Assembly (NCBI GenBank): GCA_951406725.2
Contig: OX597825.1
Coordinates: 73,842,001 to 73,906,000 of the forward strand
From: Octopus vulgaris
Lineage: Eukaryota
Reading direction: 5' to 3'
DNA: 64,000 bases
Each line of letters opens with the position of its first letter. Within the stretch, counting starts at the first letter, position 1. Of the stretch, positions 59,621 to 64,000 are shown in pieces. Made by a program: the position numbers and the translations under genes. The notes beneath the pieces were generated by a model that saw nothing but the letters and a program-made list of their open reading frames with translations, ran no database searches and was not told the DNA's origin.

Positions 59621-60523
59621 TTACGATCGTATACTTACACATTCGCAACATACATTCACTAGTACTAAATAGTTAAAAATGAAGCGTGTGAGAGACCAGA
59701 GGACTCCCTTACTGCGTTAATAACTGTGAAAGAGCGACGACAATACTTGCTTGTGTGGTAAATAGAATCTGCTGAAAGCCGTGGAAATAAGGAGTTCTAG
59801 TAATGAAGTTTTTCGATAGCAAATCTTCACTGCTTAGCGTTACTCGTGCGAGCAATGTGAAGAGTATAACAACTGATACGACAGTAGTAGTTGCTTGCAC
59901 TCACTCCCTACTTCGCTGGTTGATTTCTTCTCTTTGGAAAAAGTTGTCGTTTGGTGTTTAGCGGTTTAAGCGATATATACACGATTAGAGTGTGTGACGT
60001 TGGCGATGGCGAGAGATAGTGATAGAGACTAAACTGATACGAAGAGAAAGCGGCAGAGAGAGAGAGAGGGGGGGAAGATAAAGAAAGTGATAGTGGTGGG
60101 GAAGAAGATGAAGATGGAAGAGAATGAAGGAGAGAAGGAGAGAAGGAGAGAAAGGCAAAAAATGACGAACGTGAAGACAGGAAGGTAGGAAAATTTGTAA
60201 GAAAAAAAGAAAGAAGAAAAATAATGAATGAATGAAAAACCAAAAATTATGCAAACCCGCCAAAACAAAACCGGAATTCGATCTCAGAACAGCAGGGTTT
60301 TTTTTTTTGTGTTTTCCTTCTTTGAGATTTTTTTGGTTAGTAAATTCGGTGAATTTCGTAAATTTCGGTAAATTATTTTTTTCTTCAATTCCTTAAATCA
60401 AGTTTTTTTTTTCTTTTGCTTCTTTCCTCACTTATTCATAAGAAACTTTGTAAATAATAAATAAATCCTGGAACTGTAAAACTGACCAAGGTATAATCCG
60501 GTAAGTTCATATAATATAATATA

Positions 60524-60647
<124 letters not shown>

Positions 60648-60800
60648 GTGTGTGTATATGTATGTATATGTGTGTGTGTGAATATATATTTGTATACTCA
60701 CGCAATGAACCGAGGAGGTAGTGGGTATTTTCTGACTGTGCGTGAGTATGTGTTTATATATATATATATATATATGTATGTGTATGTGTGTGTGTGTATG

Positions 60801-60832
<32 letters not shown>

Positions 60833-61285
60833 AAAATATTTATAAAAGCAGGCACACTTTTTAGTTGGTTGTTTAGTTGGCTAGTTGGTTTGTTTGTTGG
60901 TTTGTTTGTTGGTTGGTTGGTTGGTTGGTTGTACTAGTGAGCACGGGTACTGTTTTGGTGCTATGTAAGAAGAAGAAGAAAAAAAAAAGTCCTTTCGGAA
61001 ATTATCGTTACAATCTCCACGCAATGTCTCTTAGAATAACAAAAGAATCACTCTCACACGCGTAGAGAAGGAAAGAGAGGGGAAGGAAGAGTGGTAGAGT
61101 GAGAGAGAGGGGGGAGAATGAGAGAGAGAGAGAGACACGTAAAGCGAGAAAGGGTAAGGGGAGGAGGGAATTGTCTAAGAGAAGAAGGCTGACAAGATTT
61201 AAAACGCAACCAGCACAGCAATTACGTCACAGATGCCTAGTGAGTTTCTGTGAGAGAAAGAAAGAGAATGTGTGAAAGAGAAAAG

Positions 61286-61321
<36 letters not shown>

Positions 61322-61629
61322 TGTTGAAAGAGATACATAGAGAGGCAGGCGGACAGATTAAGAGATGTATAAGAGAGAGAGAGAGAGAAGGAGAGGAAAA
61401 GAGAAAGAGAAAGAGAGAGAGAGAGAGAGGTGGAGAACAATTGTGTCAGAGAGGGAGAGAGAGTGAGTGTGTGGTGTGCGTGTGAGATGTGTGTGCGTAC
61501 GTGCGTGTGTGTGCGTACGTGCGTGTGTATGCGTGTGTGAGTGTTGCATTCATTCAGAGAATTTGAGAGAGAGAGAGAGAGAAAGAGAGGGATAGCCAGA
61601 CATTTGAAATAGATAGAATAGGAGAAAGA

Positions 61630-61648
61630 GAGAGAGAGAGAGAGAGAG

Positions 61649-61679
<31 letters not shown>

Positions 61680-61721
61680 GAGAAAGAAAGAAAGAAGAGA
61701 AGAAAGAAAGAAAGAAAGAAG

Positions 61722-61752
<31 letters not shown>

Positions 61753-61910
61753 GGTAAGGAAGAAAGACAGAAAGAAAGAAAGAAAGAAAGACAGAAGGAA
61801 AGAAAGAAAGACAGAAAGAAAGAAAGAAAGAAAGACAGAAGGGAAAGAAAGAAATACAGAAGGAAAGAAAGAAAAAAAAGAAAGAAAGAAAGAAAGAAAG
61901 AAAGAGAGAT
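61630..61910. repeat. (GA)n-(GAAA)n polypurine tract
   Basis: Direct reading of the sequence. Confidence 0.95.
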
Positions 61911-62190
61911 AATAGAGAGGTAGAAAGAATAATGGTCACAGAAATTGATGCTGTGAAAAAAAAAGAAAAGAAGGAAAATAAAAGAAATAAACACGTTTGT
62001 TGTGAACGAACGCAACAGCTGAAAGTGGCGAAGAATCGGAATAATATCTGTTTTCGATCCAGGAACAAGGCCTGCAATTTTAAAGGGACGCAGATTAATC
62101 GATTCCATCGACTCCGAGGGCTTTGAACTCTGAAGGTAAAGACCCAGAGCAAAGACTGCCAAGCAATATTTTCGGTGCTCTAACGATTCT

Positions 62191-62794
62191 TATTTTTTTT
62201 ATTGCCCACAAGGGGCTAAACATATGAGGGAACAAACAAGGACAGACAAAGGGATTAAGTCGATTACATTGACCCCCAGTGCGTAACTGGTACTTAATTT
62301 ATCGACCCCGAAAGGATGAAAGGCAAAGTCGACCTCGGCGGAATTTGAACTCAGAACGTAGCGGCAGAAGAAATACCTATTTCTTTACTACCCACAAGGG
62401 GATAATCACAGAGAAGACAAACAAGGATAGACAAACGGATTAAGTCGATTACATCGACTCCAGTGCGTAACTGGTACTTAATTTATCGACCCCGAAAGGA
62501 TGAAAAGCAAAGTCGAGATCGGCGGAATTTGAACTCAGAACGTAGCGGCAGACGAAATACATATTTCTTTACTACCCACAAGGGACTAATCACAGAGAAA
62601 ACAAACAAGGATAGACAAACGGATTAAGTCTATTACATCGCCCCCAGTGCGTAACTGGTACTTAATTTATCGACCTCGAAAGGACGAAAAGCAAAGTCAA
62701 CCTCGGCGGAATTTGAACTCAGAACGTAGCGGCAGACGAAATGCCGCTAAGCATTTCGCCCGGCGTGCTAACGTTTCTGCCAGCTCACCGCCTT
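62191..62794 (-). mobile_element. Young SINE A trimer nested in an old A copy
   Basis: Junctions at 62377 and 62561 (period 184 bp); TSD CTCT(A/G)ACG(A/T)TTCT at 62178 and 62795. Confidence 0.95.
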
Positions 62795-62829
62795 CTCTGA
62801 CGTTTCTGCCAATCCAATAACCCTTGCAT

Positions 62830-64000
62830 AATTTTCATTAGGGCACAAGGCCAGTATGTTGAGAGCATGGATCTTAAGGTCATTTTAATTATCTCATTAT
62901 TTTATCAGCATCGAAAGGATGAATATCAATGATTTCTTTTATAGGAAGAAGGCCAAAAATTTATGGTTATATTGACTTTGTAATATGGCTGATACATTAA
63001 CGACACCAAAATAATCGTCTCAAATTTTGGCACAAGTCCAGTAGTTTTAAAGGAAGGGATAGTGGTCGATTACATCGACCCCACTGTTCCAGTGGTCCTT
63101 ATTTTGATCGCCCTCGAAAGGCCTCGGCACAAAATACTGCTAAAAACTTTGCTCGACTCGCGAATAATTCTGCAAGTCGCCGCCGCATGACGTCGAAATA
63201 ATCCTTTTTGCAATGAACATAGTAGAGGCACATGCCCTAGTGGTTAGAGCAGCGGACTCGCGGGTCCGAATTTCAGTGCGGGTGATGTGTGAGTTTATGA
63301 GCGAAACACCTAAGCTCCACGCGGCTCCGGCAGAAGGTAATGGCGAACTTATGCTGACTCTTTCGCCACAACTTTCTCTCACTCTTTCCTCCTGCATCTT
63401 GCAGCTCACCTGCGACGGTCTGGCGTCTTGTCAAGGTGGGGAACCTATACGCCAAGGAAACCGGGAAACCGGCACTTATCAGCCAGGTATGGCTTGAGAA
63501 GGAACAAACAAACAATGAACAGAAGGTGTAAAATTTGAGGGGAGGTGACTAATCGAGTCATCAACCCTAATGCTCAACTGGTACTTATTTTATCGACCCT
63601 GAAAGAATAAAAGACAAACTCGACCATGGAGCAATTTAGACCCAGGGCATAATGCGCCGAAAGAAATGCTTAGCAGCATTTTGTCCGACTCGTTAATAAT
63701 TCTACCAGTTCGCATTTTACGATGCTGAAATAATTCTCTCAAGAATAGGCACAAAGCCTGAAATTTGTGGGGACGAGGCTAGTCGACTAGTCAACTGGTA
63801 CTTATTTTGTCAACCCCCGAAAGGATAAGAGGCAAAAACGACCTCGGGGGAGATTGAACTCAGAACGTAAACGACGCTAAAATAAGGTAAGACAGTGATA
63901 TAGGTTCATGACCACAAAATCTGGGGACGCTAGTCACTGTAATTCATTTTATTGACCACGGCTGAATGAAAGGCGAAGTCAAATTCGGTGTGATATGGAT
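62830..64000 (-). mobile_element. Cluster of about five old SINE A copies, all on the minus strand
   Basis: GGCACAAG / CTGGTACTTATTTT / GAAAGGAT motifs near 62840, 63020, 63530, 63745 and 63920. Confidence 0.75.
63223..63514 (+). mobile_element. SINE B-variant: B head and body with a different tail
   Basis: Colinear with 653-960 up to ACTTTCTCTCACTCTTTC (~63390), then CCTGCGACGGTCTGGCG...GAAACCGG...(ACAA)n; TSD CAATGAACA at 63211 and 63513. Confidence 0.85.

Noticed and set aside
59709-59900. Signal-peptide-like minus-strand ORF
   Set aside because: Starts at GTG immediately after an in-frame TGA; no ATG and no good splice acceptor.
62191-62794. CRISPR-like or satellite array
   Set aside because: Units are whole SINE bodies with no unique spacers; eukaryotic context and no cas genes.

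Overview
AT-rich, extremely microsatellite-rich eukaryotic non-coding DNA. I found no intact protein-coding gene; nearly every ORF in the track is a translation of (TA)n/(CA)n/(TATG)n/triplet repeats. The repeat content strongly suggests an octopod (Octopus-like) genome; this is inferred from recognising the repeats and was not checked by a search. The window contains four main groups. (1) At least four tRNA-head SINE families, labelled A-D here: A forms head+(184-bp unit)n arrays with a fixed palindromic junction and is about 25:3 biased to the minus strand, B shows tail swapping, and D carries an internal microsatellite. (2) Decayed DNA transposons: Tc1, two mariners, a pogo/Tigger relic, and Tigger-like and Harbinger-like MITEs. 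(3) A decayed Penelope-like (PLE) ORF. (4) About ten hammerhead-ribozyme (HHR)-like motifs in short non-coding elements that abut (TA)n tracts, plus several long fold-back inverted duplications. The best novelty candidates are a ~311-bp terminally redundant HHR unit with snap-back hairpins (2767-3266; retrozyme-like), a well-formed type I HHR at 20791-20897, and the multimeric SINE A. All coordinates and alignments were read by eye, so ends of degraded elements are approximate.
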